Source: Azolla caroliniana
Taxonomy: Eukaryota > Plantae > Polypodiophyta
Assembly: GCA_043228905.1 (NCBI GenBank)
Contig: JBHGNT010000005.1
Span: 8,990,001-9,054,000, forward strand
Direction of reading: 5' to 3'
Length of the DNA stretch: 64,000 nucleotides
A program made the position numbers and the translations under genes. The notes beneath the pieces are model-generated. The model was given only the letters and a program-made list of their open reading frames with translations, was not told where the DNA came from and did not search any database. Shown one piece after another: positions 25,436-38,997 of the stretch. Each line of letters begins with the position of its first letter. Within the stretch, counting starts at the first letter, position 1.

Positions 25436-26361
25436 TACATTGTTACGCGCTCTCTGATCTAGCGCCAACAAGAATGACAACAACTTACTTTACTAAGTTT
25501 GCCCTAAGTCATATTTATACTAATATGAATTTTCGGCTATTTACAAATATAGTCCCGATGGACTCTCAGAAACATATTTACGAATATGTCCCTTCATCCG
25601 GTGAGCACTCCTCATCGGGCCTGCATCATCCGGCGCTTGCCGGGCACACGTCATCCGGTTCACCGGGTCTTCCATTGTCGGGTACTCCGCATCCGGTTCT
25701 CATCGGGTCTTCACCATCTGGCTCTTGCCGGGTACTCGTCATCCGGTTCTCACTGGGTCTTCCGTTGCCGGGTACTTGTCATTCGGTTCTCACCGGGGCT
25801 TCCGTAGCTGGGTTTCGGTCTCGGCCGAGTTTGCTCATCAGTATTGTTCTTCTCACTTCCCATCCGGAGGGACCTATTTCCTAACACCTAGAACTAGAGC
25901 AGCGACGAAGGAAAGCGTTCGTGGATCGTCACCGAAAAGGGAACGAAAAGATGTTCGAAATCGGTAAGTCGGTACTAGTATTCCAGACTTGGATGGGTAA
26001 GATGTCGGGGAAGCTACGGTTTCGATGGACCGGACCATACTGGATCACGCGTGAGTTCAACGGTTCCTACCAGTTAGGGACACTCGCCGGCGAGGTTCTG
26101 GGTAAATGGGTCAATGGGTTCCAACTCAAACCATACAATGGACCCATGCCAAGAAACCCATTTGAACAAGTAAAGGCCGACACAGAACCAGACACGGGTA
26201 AGTCGGAAGAGACGGCAACACGTTTAGGAATTGGCAAGCGCGACGCCGGTAAGAGTGAGCACGAGCCGGCAAACGGCAAGAACGACGCGACGGCAAGCAG
26301 TCCAGTGGCCGGCAAGTCCCACAATTCGGATAGGGGTCCAGTGGGACTGGATGTGAATTAA
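23896..26361 (+). pseudogene. Element A RNase H end and integrase (several stops), split by a solo LTR
   Basis: ARWTLLLQEFEF, ILREAHC, PFQKWGL, ISDQGGHF, LRFRWTGPY. Confidence 0.92.
25106..25886 (-). mobile_element. Solo LTR (781 bp) with TSD CCTAG
   Basis: TGTCAGG…CCTAACA, CCTAG at 25101-25105 and 25887-25891; internal ~41-bp imperfect tandem repeats and (CT)n; related to 29981-30580 in the opposite orientation. Confidence 0.93.
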
Positions 26362-26752
26362 TCAAACAGTTTAGGACTGAAAAAAAAAAAAAAAAAAAAA
26401 ATCAAATCAAATCAAAGTAAATCATGCAAGGGCGACGTGTGAACGGACACATGCAAGAACAAGGAGTGAACAGGCACTTTGAAAAGGTACGTAGTGGGCT
26501 ATTAATAGGGTATTAAACCGCCGCCACATGGCACGTCATTCTATTCTAGTACACGACGTGCAGACGCGTGGGTAAGAAAAAAAAGGCGCCAACATGCAGC
26601 AAGAAAACCCCCATTGCATGGAGGTCTTCACATTTTGCGAACAGAGGAGCAGAGGTGCACACAGGCAATTGAAGATCATCAGACGCGAGCCCACGCACAC
26701 AAAGCCTCCTCACACACATCCCTCACCAGCGCTCACCGACCTCGAAGAAGCC

Positions 26753-28353
26753 ATGGACTGCCAAGCACTCTCTGAAGCAGCCAAGAAGTGGCTAAGGCAA
26801 CACGGGTTAGAAGGTTTCCTCACGATCATGGAGGCACCACCGCACTGGGAGGCGGAGAAGATAGTAAAGGAAATCGACACAGAGCTGATCACGGAGGAGG
26901 CCATCCATGCTTTGATTGGTCTTCCAGAGGGGGGCATCTTCACTATCGACAACCCTACCCCGGAGCAACTCCGAAAATATTTTGGCGAATACTCTCTGGC
27001 CAGCAAGGCCTATAGGACACAAGGCGGCGAAGATACATTATTTCAAGAGGTTTCCCGTGTGCTCCATGAATTTGTACATGTATACCCTCGACCCCCGTGC
27101 ATGCCTCAGAACTGAGTCGGCTTAGTCATAGCAATGTATGAAAGCATGAAGGTGAACTGGCCGGTATTGATTGCTGACGGCCTTTGTGCGGCCATCAACT
27201 CTATAAGAGGCAAGGAGGGTCGGAAAATATGGACTGTAGTGGCGCAATGGCTCACCCTATTGGCGCCACCTATCGAGCCCGTCAAGACCACGAAGCGGGG
27301 GAGAACGACCGAAGGCACCCCAAAAACGGCTTCGAAACGGCAGCAGTTGTTGGCCTCTAAGGCACCCAAAGGGAAGGCGCCCGACACGGACAAGGCGGTA
27401 AAAGAGCGCGCCAATAGGAAGCGGTAGGTAGAAATGTAGGAGGAGACACCGGCACGGCCAATCAAGATCATATTTCACCGACCGGTTCAACAAGCGCCGG
27501 ACCCCCTAGCAGCAAAAGTCAACATCGGAACTCAGGAGGAGGAAGCGGAGGAGGAACCGTTACAGCACCTCTAGCAGCGCCAAAAGGCAAGCACCGTAGA
27601 ACAGGCTGGGGAGCGTTCGGACCCAAAGAAGGATGGAACGCCTCTACCCCACACTGAGCATCCCGCACCAAGGGTGGAACCGGAACCGGTTTGGGCAGAA
27701 CCGGTCATAGAGCTCCCTGCACAACAAGCTATACCGGCAGGTCAGGATACGGCAAGACCCGAAATTCAAGCGCCGGTAGTACAGTTGCCTCCCTCACCGG
27801 CAAGTCAAGAGAAATCAGAGGCGGAGCGGCCAACAGAACCAGAACGGCAAAGTGGTTACCAACCAGAGACAGAGTTGCAGCTCGACGCAACCGGACAAGA
27901 CCGACCACTGGCTAGCGGAACCAACAGCCAACCCTCCGTGCAGACGCAACAACAGGACACCGGTAGCCAATGGCTCCAGTGGATTGGAGAACAGATTTTC
28001 GGAGTGGTGCACTACATAGAGGCGGAAGAGAAAGCGCAGATGGACCGGTTGCTAGTCACAACCGAAGAACTAGAGACGGCCCGGTCGAGGATCCGGAGCC
28101 CAGAACAAGACTTGGACCTGGCCACAGAAGAATTGGCCAAAATGGCCTTAACCGGACCACAAATCCAAGCACCGGTGACTCCGGTAGATGTACAGAATAA
28201 AGACACACCAGCACTTGTACATAGTAATAAGACCCCGGAGATGGAACCAGTCCTAGAGGCAGTGGCGGCACAAGCAAAAGAGCTTGCTGAATTGAAAGAT
28301 GAACTAGCCGCACAAGAAGCATTACGCACCCGAGAAAGGGACTTGAAGAAAGC
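26753..28353 (+). pseudogene. Element A copy of the extra 3' ORF, truncated early in the coiled coil
   Basis: Homology to D 13429-14900 (AQWLTLLAPP vs AQWLTVLVPP; QWLQWIGEQ vs QWLRWLSEQ; ELAAQEALRTRER vs ELKAQEALRERER). Confidence 0.85.
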
Positions 28354-29980
28354 GATTTCTTCTTTGAATTTTGCTGCATAATTCAGGTTCATCTGGTAGC
28401 GTCGTTGCGCTACCGGTTTGGCGTCTTTACTCAGATGTATCTTGTGTTGATACAACTGAGGATCGAGTCCCCGCATGTCCTCATAGGACCAGGCGAACAC
28501 ATCGCGAAATTCTTTTAGGAGTGTGATCATTGTCGTTTTGTTCTCCGGGGTCATTTCCTTGGCGATGTGAACCGGTCTTGCGTCCTCTGTGGTACCTAGG
28601 TTTACCTCTTCTAGTTGGGATGCTTTTACGCGCTGCGACACTACCATTTCTCTTTCCAGTGCCTCTTGTCCTTGCCGTAACTCCCGGATCGCTTCTTTAT
28701 CCGTTTCCTCGTCGGTCCCATCCGGTTGCAGTATGTACGGTGATACTGCTTCGGTTACATCAATTTCGAACAGAGGTACGATCTTCGGATTTTCCTATAA
28801 GTATTGATCGACCTCTTCGTCCGCCAATCCTTCCAGCATGTTGACACATTCCGCATATAGCAGCGTCAATTCCTTGTCGGTACCGAACCGTGGTTGAGTC
28901 GGTACTCACACTTTCGCTTTTCCACGCCGGAACGTAATTATATTCTTCCTCCAGTTTTGCTTGATGTGTGTTGTTTTTAACCAAGGGCGTCCCAACAATA
29001 GTGGGTAAGCTCCTTGAGCCTGTAGCCGGAGAACTACTGCCAAAATGCGAAATGCGTGACCCTCGATGGTCACTTCCAGATCACGTATTAATCCGGTCGG
29101 CTGTACTGAGCTGGTGTCCGCCATCCGAAGCCAAAACGGGCATGGTTCCTAGTCATGGATTCCTAGAGTGTTACACGTTTGGAGGCTGATCACGTTCATG
29201 CCGGATCCTCCATCAATAATCATGTCGGGTAGCTCTTTTCCTTTCACGATGGCTGTGATTGTCGGACTGCTCGTGTCTACTACCGCCGGTCCTTCCTCCG
29301 GATTTGAAAAGAATGCCGGAGCCAGTGGTGTGTCGTCTACCGTCATTCCTGTCTTCAGTCCTTCCGTGAAGCGTGGTACCAGTTGCAATAGCCGGCCTAA
29401 CGGCAGTGTTATTTGGCATTCTCGTAACGCCTGCCATGTTGGGTTTTTAGGCTGCCCTATGCCGATGAGCTCTTCGGCATTCTCCTTTTGTTGTTCAAGC
29501 TCTGCTACATTCCACTTGTTTGCCTTCTTCACCCATTCGGTTACCTGCTTCCGAATGGCTTCTTGAGTTTCCCACTCCGTGGCTTTGCCTTTTGATCTTG
29601 TAGTGACTTGTTGTAAGTCCGCGACTTCCACGACTACCATGTTCATCGTTGGTCGCTTGTCGTAGCTCTTCGTCGAACATTGGTTACTATAGTGGCCTTC
29701 TTGCCGGCAATAATAGCAGTACGTCTTCTGGGTGTTACTGGATTCGGCGTTTGTGCCCGCACCCGGTTGAGGTCCTGTGGTAAGTGCTTGGTTTTGGTCC
29801 GGTTGGCTGCTGGGAGCACCCTTTTCCGATTCCCGTGGATGACCCCCCTTTTTGTTGAAATGACTTTTCTTGTTGAAATTATTTTTGTTTCGGTAACCTT
29901 GATGGGGTTGGTCGTCATACTTGCCATAGTCGTCCCGTCGTTGGTTGTAACCAGGGGAGTGATCCCGATTGTATCTCTCG

Positions 29981-30580
29981 TGTTAGGAAACAGGTCCCTC
30001 CGGATGGGAAGTGAGAAGAACCGTGTTGATGAGCAACTTGGCCGAGGCCGAATCCGGATGTGGCGTACCCGGCAACGGAAGACCCGGTGAGAACCGGATG
30101 TGGAGTACCTGGCAACGGAAGACCCGGGTAGAACCGGATGTTGCAGGCCCGGTGAGAACCTCTCATCGGATGGAAGGGACATATATGTAAATATGTTCCA
30201 GAAAGCCCACTAGGGCTATATTTGTAAATAGCCCGAAAGTCATATTAGTATAAATATGACCTAGGGCAAACTTAATAGAAGATGATAGAGTTATTTGTGG
30301 GTGTAACTCCTGTACAGTGCGTAAGAGAGGTAGAGAGAGCGATATACAGAGATTGTTGCCTCTGTTGTAACCGCCTGGTGGCGAAGCGAGGGAGCACGAG
30401 GTCGTTGCCTTTGTGCCCCATTGTTGTAATCTTGATATAGTGATATTTTGCAGTTTGAGGGCTGCCGTGGTTTTTCCCATATTTGGGTTTTCCACGTTAA
30501 CATCCTGTGCACTCTCTTCTTTACTGTTTCGTACGTAGATACATCGCTCCACATCCCTGTTTTTTGTGACTGATCCGACA
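29981..30580 (+). mobile_element. Solo LTR (600 bp) with TSD TCTCG, inside E gag
   Basis: TGTTAGG…CCGACA, TCTCG at 29976-29980 and 30581-30585; TATAAAT at ~30249. Confidence 0.93.
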
Positions 30581-32168
30581 TCTCGGTTGTGGCCGAGCAT
30601 AGTTGGAGACAAGTATCCTATCATCTCGTACCGTCCATTATAGTCCCGGTATCTTTCCTGTCTGTCATACCGGTCATAAGCGTCTCTTCGATCGTTGTAC
30701 CGGACATCTTATGCCGGCCGGTAGCGCTCCTCTCACCGCCAACGTTCTTCTTCTTCCTCCCGGTTGCTTCGTGGTTCAATTTGCCGGACCGGTGGTGCTT
30801 GCCAATTTAACAAGTTATAGTCACACCGTTCCATTGTGTGACTCCTAGAGTGGCAGAGCAAGCATTGGGAATGCATGGTGTATTCCAGCGCCGAATGTCC
30901 GGCATTCAGGCATGTCGTACATTGAATTGCTTGCCAGAAGCGGAGGTCCTCATCTGTCAGTAGTGCACGTTGAATTGTGCCCAAGGTTAGCCATGAACTT
31001 GTTTTTTCCATTTCCCGAACTCGGTCGATCACTTGATCTATGCTGCTGGTGCGGAAATCAATGACGGTGCACACCGTTCGTAAGGGTTCCTGGAGTGCTG
31101 CTAAGAATATGGCCTTTGTTTCTTCCTCCGGTGGTGCCCGGCTGAGCTGACTGTGTATCCGTTGGAACCGGATGACAAATTGTTGAATGTTCTCCGTTGG
31201 TTCCTGCCAGATAATGTAAAATAGGCCTACCATTTCCTGTTGGTCCATCTCCTTGTGAAAGAAATGCAAGAATTTGGTCTTTAATGCTTCAAACATGGGG
31301 ATGGTGTTGGGATCTTGTGTTCGGTGCCATCTGGCGGCCGGTCCCTCCAAGGTCATGCCGAACTCTGCCATTTTTTAGCGTTCCTCTTCGGCCGCATTTA
31401 AGTGTAGGGACACATGGTATGCCTCCCAGGTTTGCTGAAATGCATGAACGTGGGCTTCCGTGTCTGGATCATCCCGGTATCTGGGATATTGGAATGGCAT
31501 ATCGTCGTCTGGTGTCGGTACGCGGGCTAATGGTGTCGGTAGTCTTTCCTCCTCCTCTATCGGCGTCCGAGGTCTTTCCCGCTCCTCTGTCTGCGTCAGA
31601 GCTCTTTCCTACTCCTCTTTTGGTGTTGGAGGCCTCTCCTCCTCGACTTCCGGTGTCGGAGGTCTCTCTTCCTCGACTTTTGGTTCCGAAGTGTGCTTGA
31701 CTTTCAATGTTGGAGTTTCCAACCTTGTCAATTCTGGTTCCGGTGTCGGCAAGGTATCTGACTCCTCGTCCTCCGGTCCATCTGGGGTGTCGTTACTGCT
31801 GCGGTAGTTCGTATGCGCAATGTATTCCCCTTCCGAACCCAATTCAAAAGCCGAAAATGCTTCGGATTCGCCTTCGCCCGCTGCTAATGCCTAGAGAAGG
31901 GATTCCGCTTCCCGGAGGCTGCTTAGGCTGCTTCCTTCGTCCGGGTAGTTGTTTTGTTGTAAACGAAGTGACTCCTTGGCCACTCTCCGAATCACCTTGG
32001 AAAATGAGCGATCCGCTCTTATTTCTTCTGCCGCTTGCTGGAAATCCTCTCGCTTCCTCAATCATTCAGCAAGTCTCCTTGCTCGCTCCGTAACCGGGTC
32101 GTTCGTTGGTCTAGTCATCCATGCCCGTCGCTGTTCCCTGCAATTGTGCAGGAATGGCCTAAAAATTG

Positions 32169-32611
32169 TGTTATTCCTTAGGGCCGGACAATGGCCTAAC
32201 ACAGGGTGTCTACGGAAGACACTTCACTAAACGGGTGCTACGGCGAGATAACTTAAGACTCAACGATTAATCAGGCTTTAATTGGTTACTTAACAATATG
32301 GCATTAGACTTGATACACGCGTATGATAGAACAATTAGCACAGAACAGTAATCAACACTTAAAGATAAAACAAGAAGCTCTATTAATTATCCGTCAAAGT
32401 TTTACATTGTAACCAGGGCTTTATATAGGTCACCGGTGCTGAGTACAAAACGGTGCCAACCAGCACCTGTTCGGAACTGATCCGGATCCGGATCGGCATA
32501 CCTATTCCGGTCGGTCCGTTGACGTCTCATAAACTACTTAATTATACTAGATTCTGAATATACAATCCCTTCCACATTCTGTTCTTTAACTCCTTTGCCG
32601 ACCGGGTAACA
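32169..32611 (-). repeat. 5' LTR of element E (443 bp)
   Basis: Homologous to the D LTR core (shared CCGATCCGGATCCGGA, TATA and AGACAC..TGTGTT blocks); borders copia RT at 32612. Confidence 0.85.
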
Positions 32612-35600
32612 ATCGCAACCATCGTGTACATAAGGGAGCCGATTGCCGGTGCATACGGTACTGACTTCATATCTTCCCCCTCCGGACCGGATGTCGGGTA
32701 GTCTCGCTGAGACAGCCGAACGAGTTCAGTGAGCTCTCTGGCATGTCGTCCGGAGAGTAGCATGTCGTCCACGTAAATGATGAGGAAGACGGGAGACCCA
32801 TCTTGAGTTGTTTTGGTGAAGAGACAGTGGTCCTCATCGCTCTTGGATGAAGTCATCGAACTTCTTATACCACTGTCGGGGTGCCTGTTTCAGGCCGTAT
32901 AAACTCTTCCTGAGTTGGCAGACTAGATGTTCCTGGTCGGATGCCACAAAGCCTTTCGGTTGCTCCATATAGATTTCCTCCTATAGGTCACCGTGGAGGA
33001 ATGTCGTTTTTACATCCAGTTGAATCAGCTCCAAGTTGTCGGCGGCCACGACGCCGAGCATGAAACGAAGGGTTGTCATTTTCACCACTGGTGAAAAGAT
33101 TTCGTCGAAGTCGACGTCATGTTCTTGTCGAAATCCCTTCGCAACTAATCTGTCCTTGTACTTTCGGTTGGTCGAGTCGGACGTCTCTTTTAGTCAATAG
33201 ACCCACTTACACGAAAGAGCACGTCAATTCTTCGGTAATTCAACCAAGTCCCAAGTCTTGTTTGCGCAAATGGAGTGCATTTCTGACTCCATCGCCAGAT
33301 GCTAAGTGGCTGAGTCGGCAGATGCCGATGCTTCTTCGTAAGACGTCGGTTCGCCGGCATTGGTAAAGAAAATTCCGGGAGAGTACCTTTCCGGAGGTTG
33401 TGACAGTCTCTTGGATCTTCGAGGTATGACTGGACTGGTCACATTGGGTATAGGTGTCGGATGGTCGGAAGCCGAGCCATTTGGATGTGCTGAATCCATG
33501 GATTCAAGACGGGAGGTGTCGGTTACCCGTGAAACCGATCTCGTGTTGTGGGTTGGGCCTTCATGAAGGGTTGGCACTTCGGAAAATATTACCCTTCGGA
33601 CTTCAATAGGCCTTTCAGCCGTTTTATGCATAGCCGACTCGTTGAACATGACGTCCGAACTTCGGATGATTTGTCTATGCTCGGGGTACTAGAGTCGGTA
33701 TCCGATCTCGCCGTCGGGTCCATATCCAAGGAAAACGCATTTCCTTGATCTTGGTTCGAGTTTCTGGCGGTCATCTTTCGATATGAGGGCATACGCCTCG
33801 CAGCCGAAGATCCTCAACTTGTCATAATTCGGCTTACTGCTGGTCCATATTTCCTGAGGTATTTTAAGTCCTAGAGGTCTACCTGGCGACATATTTATTA
33901 TGTGTATTGCCGTAAGTAGAGCCTCCGCCCAGAAACCATCCAACAGTCCGAAGTATTGGAGCATGGATACTATGCGTTCTTGAATTGTCCGATTCATGCG
34001 TTCGGCAATTCCGTTCTGCTCCGAACTATAGGGTGCCATATATTCATGTCGAATGCCGCGTTCCTGGCAAAATTTGACGAATTTGTCAGACTTGAATTCT
34101 CCTCCATTATTGGTTCAGAGACATTTTAGTTACCAACCGGTCTGGTTTTCGACCATTGCAAGCCATTCGGAGAAGATCGAGAACACCCGATCTTTGGTTC
34201 TAATGGGGTAAGCCCACACCTTCCAAGTCGAGTCGTCAATAAAACTGACGAAGTACGAAGCACCGCCGAGAGACTGATGTGGCATCGGGCCACAGACGTT
34301 CGAGTGGACCAAATTGAGGGGACTCGATTCTCTTGGTGATGATGTCGGGTGTGATGCGGCTACCTGTTTGCCACACTGGCAATGCTCATAGAATTGGTGA
34401 TTTGAGAAGGAGAGCTTGGGGATGTAACCGGCTTTGGATAGGTGCGTTATGTCGGCCTTGCTGAGGTGTCCAAGTCGTCTATGCCATAACGATGACACGG
34501 GGATATCAACCAAAAATAAGTCACCCTCTTTGAGTGTGACATATAAAGGGTACAAATACAAAGAGTGTACCTTTGGTCCTCGAGCAAGCAGGAGGTTCCC
34601 TTTGTGGAGTGTCCACCCTCCTGATGAGAACCCGGCACGGATGCCGGTTTCGTCAGGTTGTCTGACTGATATCAAGGGTCTTGAAAGCTCAGGAACGTGT
34701 CAGACGTTGTGTAGTACGAGTGTAGAGCCACTTGGAAGGTTGAGCTCTACGGTGCCGATTCCGATTATGGCACAGTGTTGTGAGTTCCCGACTCGAACTG
34801 AGTCAGAGTGCCGGTCTGAGTATTGCCGAAACTGAGATTGGTGAGGTGTCACATGATACAATGCGCCCGAGTCCAAGAGCCATGTGCTCGATTCCTCAGT
34901 CATAAGCAGAACTTCTGATTCGACTAGGTTCTCTATGGACAGTATGTTCCGGTCGGTCATCAAAATTTCGGTTGAAGAGCCGACATAGTTGACCTCCTCA
35001 TGCCGGCTACTCTTCTGATCCTCTCTCTGAGCTTTGTCGGTTTTTGCTTTGAGTGCCCAATAGTTAGCTTTGATGTGTCCCGGTTTCTTGCAGTAGTTGC
35101 AGATTCGTTTGTCCCGGGACTTGCTCCAGCTTCGCTGATTGTTCGGCGGTCGGGAAGAACTTCTTCCCCGGTTGTTCAATCAGTCGGTCGAACCTTGTAC
35201 TACGTAAGCTTCATCTGCCAAGTCTTTGGCAAAAGACTTTCTCCGAGCTGCTTCAGTCAGGATTGCGCTCGTGATTTCGGAGTACTTAATGGTAGTTGTT
35301 GAAGCATTGCACACGATTGTGACGAAAGTTTCCCAAGAAGAGGGGAGACTACTCATGAGTATCATTGCTCTGAGTTCATCCTCTATTGCCGTCCCCTGAG
35401 ACGATATGACGATATTTGGGAGCTTAGGCTTTCGTACTCGTTGAGGTGTGCCTGAACCGAATCGGATTCTTTCATCCGCAAGTTGTAGAGGTGCCGGATC
35501 AGATACATCTTCGTTGCGGCGACCTTCTTTTCATAAGTTTCCAATAGTGTTTTCCAAAGTTCAAAAGTTGTCGAACATGATTGCACTGTGAAGTACACTA

Positions 35601-36674
35601 ACTCCGACAAGTGCATCCGAATCGTGGCGCGGACGATTCTGTCCAACTTTAGCCACTCGTTTCCCTTGTATGCTTCTGGAGCATTTTCATTCTCAATTGG
35701 GTCTATCTGACCCTTGACTATGAGATAGTCTTGCATTTGTTCCTTCCAGAGTTGAAGTTCAAACCGTCGAACCTCCTTAGACTCATCTTCGATGAGCCGG
35801 ATGTTGATGCCATCTGATTTGGTTTCGGTTGGTAAGACTCTGTTCGGAGTTTATTAGGAACCTTAGTGGGGTGCAGCCGGCCGGCTCACCTGATATCGTT
35901 CTAGTCGGTCTTGAACCCGAGTCGTTTTGGTTTCGGATACTTGTTTGTTGAACCTTCTTGGAGTGACTCCAGTTAGCTTCCGATTGTATGCCGAATACCG
36001 ATCACAAGAAACCGATTGTTTAGGCCGATTCTGCTTCGGATGACTGCAGCAATGAGAGGGACGGATCCAACTAATCCTCCCGAATGTCGATCAGCCGAAT
36101 GAAGCACGAATTTGGTTGTTGCCTAGAGACCAATCTCAGGTGGTTACAATCACAGGGACAAAGTACAGCCGGCTAGCTTACTCCAATTAGTGATTTAACA
36201 CAGTGAGATGCAGACTTCTTGTTTGTCTTCTCTCTTCTCTGGGACAGAGTACAGCCGGCTAGCTTACTCCAATTAGTGATTTAACACAGTGAGATGCAAA
36301 CTTCTTGTTTGTCTTTTCTCTTCTCTGTTCTTCAAGAAAAACAGAAACAGAATGTTGTGTGGTGTACTATGACGGCCAGCAGCGAGTTGAAGAACCTCCA
36401 ACACTCTGATACCAAATGTTGGGGACAAGGTCGTCAATGTAGAAGAACAAACAACATCTGTGATGTTGAAGGACTTGCGTATGAGAATGAACAAGATACA
36501 CACAGAGAGAGAGAGAGAGAGAGGCATAAAGAAAAGTTTTTTTTCTTAATAGCAACAGTTACAAATGACCACAACCACCACTAAAGGTTACAAAGTCACT
36601 ATATATAGTGACTATCCTAGGGCAACTGCCCTTTATGCTATTTACAGAAATAGCCCAAACTTGGGTTCTCCAAA
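32612..36674 (-). mobile_element. Element F: degenerate Ty1/copia, 5' LTR through RT, 3' part missing
   Basis: PBS TGGTATCAGAG at 36404-36414; LTR begins TGTTGGGG at 36417 (far end ~36674 uncertain); CNYCKKPGH, WLLDSGA, QNGIAERMN, YVDDML, VPYAPAIGSLMY. Confidence 0.88.
36155..36326. repeat. 86-bp tandem duplication in the leader of element F
   Basis: GGGACA(A/G)AGTACAGCCGGCTAGC…CTCTTCTCT twice. Confidence 0.9.
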
Positions 36675-38858
36675 GGGACGGTGTGAATACGGCCATTATA
36701 CACTCGTATTCGACACTCGCTTGCACAAGGGTTCAAAGCGTTTTGGATGTAGTTTTCATTTGAATGTAAGAGTGAATGAAGGGGATAAACATGGGATCAT
36801 GAGCATTATGTATACGGATGCCATTCAGGCCATGTCCCAAGAACGAGACCTGATGTGTACCACTTGCCGGTCCATCCTAATGTAATAGAATGTTGTAAAG
36901 ATGACCTTTTTTATGTTGGTTGTGCAAGGCATGTTGCACGGATGAGCATGCGAAAAGAAGCATATCACAAGTCCAAGGCTACTCCATTAGAACTTGTCAC
37001 TTTTAGATTCTTTATGATACCAAAGGAGGTACATAACATGGCCAATACGTTAAAAATAGGTATCACATTGTCGGAAGTTGATTGTTCTTTGATGATGCAA
37101 GATGCTTATGCACTCCGAGATCTAGGCAAAGTAGCACATGTCCAACCATACTTGCCTGGTCCAAAGGGGTCTCTAGCTCGACAACCATTTATCTTCATAC
37201 ATCAAGATAAGTGGATATTGGAAATGTGTGAGTGATTGTCACAAAACAACTCTTGGGCAATCGACTCCACATTTTAAACTAATCAATTTGGGTTCCCATT
37301 ATATGCAGTTGTTGCACCAAATGCCATGATGATAATAGGTATCCCACTATGGTATATGATTTGTAGTTATGATAAGGGCTCAAATCATGAGCAATTGGCA
37401 TTAGAAACTTGCTTGAAAGTCATATTTGCTAGGATGCCTAGGGTAAGGCCAAATGCGATAGTCATTGATAAATCGTGGACATCATATAATGCCATATCTA
37501 ATGTAATTGCTCAAGACCGTGAATCTTGGATTGTCACAAATGGTGAATGCTCACAGACACATTGTCGTCTTTTATTGTGTCAGTTCCATGCAAAAAAATC
37601 ATAGGTTGACAACTTGTTGCCCAAAATGAGTGTTGCCGAAAGAAACCCCCTCTACCAAAGGATGTGCCAACTCATGCATTGCATTAGCGAATCATCCTTC
37701 AATGCTATGTGTGAGGAGGTAAGACAAGAATACTCAGATAAACCTGGAGTTTGGCAAAATATCGAATGTGGATGGTGTGGACAAACTTGTGTTTGGAGGA
37801 GTCTATGGCCAAAGTTTGGTAGACTATTCAATTATGGACTTGTTGACACTACCAATCTTGTGGAGAGACATTGGCAATTTCTCATGTACACTACCAATCT
37901 TGTGGAGAGACATTGGCAATTTCTCATGTACACTACCTTGTGGGGGGGGGGGGGGGGGGGGGGGGGGCGTGGTAGAATGGTACATGCAACGACAAGAGAT
38001 ATGTGAGAGTGGTAGATTCCAACCCCATGCAAATTGTAAGGATCAAAGGTCAAGACTTAAAGAAGCTGAGAGGATACTAGAAAGATATGTGACTTATAGC
38101 AACTCAGTGCATATTGTGGACGAGGCTCGATATTGGTTTCGAATATTGAGCATGACCACTCCCACTGTATGGTACGATGTCTCACTCCAATGTTCATATT
38201 GTGATTGTCAAGAGTTTGCAAGTAAATGTAAGCATTTGCTTGCCATTCGGATGATCGTTGAGTGACATATGCCATCACTATGTGGATCACTACCATATAT
38301 AGATCATGCAACCCAAATGCAAATGGATGATGCCACAATGGATAGAGAACTAGAGTCGACACAAGAAGTAGAAGTCAAGATGAATGTAGAAGTTGACGAA
38401 AGGGAAGAAATAAAGTTAGAAGCACATCAAACTATGGATTCAAAGCACTTCAACTTCTCGAGCAAGGATGGGGAGCAATGAATAGTGCAGCTCTTGAGCA
38501 TTGTCGGCAACTCATGGTAGATTTTTGAAAGGAATTGCTCTTATCTATGGGTGCATCGGCAACAACCAATATGGCATCGGGAGTTTCAATATGTTGGGAG
38601 CAACAAATTGGTGTGAAAAGAGGAGCCATGCCCAACATTTCACAAGAACTTATTGGCAGCTCCCCAAACACAACCAAAACACACACTAGCAAACTACAAA
38701 GAGGTGCTCATCGTGCTAAGAGGCGGTTGCCAATACGTGACACTGAGAAGGTTCGGTGTTTGCATTGTAATGGTTTGACATTGACTTCAAGAGGCTCCAA
38801 TGCAAACTGTTGCAAAAATTGTGGGTGTATCTTGCCATCCTTTGAACAAGAGCCTTGA
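36675..38858 (+). pseudogene. Decayed Mutator-like (MULE) transposase with SWIM zinc finger
   Basis: SKRFGCSFHL, IDSTF*TNQFGFPLY, IVIDK, LLLCQFHAK, TTNLVERHW, CDCQEFASKCKHLLA; multiple stops and frameshifts. Confidence 0.85.
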
Positions 38859-38997
38859 TCTCATAGTTTTTTATTACATTGTATCATGTGATTTTTATAT
38901 GTAAAATCATGCAATTTTGTATTTTAAAAAGAGTTTTTGATATTTTTGAGTAATCTGAGCATCTTTCTTAAACAATGATCTCTTCAGAAATTTTAAT

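Larger units (their letters stand above)
581..28353 (+). mobile_element. Element A: degenerate non-chromovirus (Athila-like) Ty3/gypsy, interrupted by element B and a solo LTR, truncated at 28353
   Basis: RT/RNase H at 581-1346 continues across B (…ASLTG | MLARWTLLLQEFEF) into integrase at 23896-26361 and an extra ORF at 26750-28353; collinear with element D. Confidence 0.9.
28353..32611 (-). mobile_element. Element E: 5' half of a third A/D-family gypsy (5' LTR, gag, protease, start of RT)
   Basis: LTR 32169-32611 (TG…CA); gag from ~32118, IIDGGSG protease, FAWSYEDMRGLDP…NYAAKFKEEI, then a break. Confidence 0.9.
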
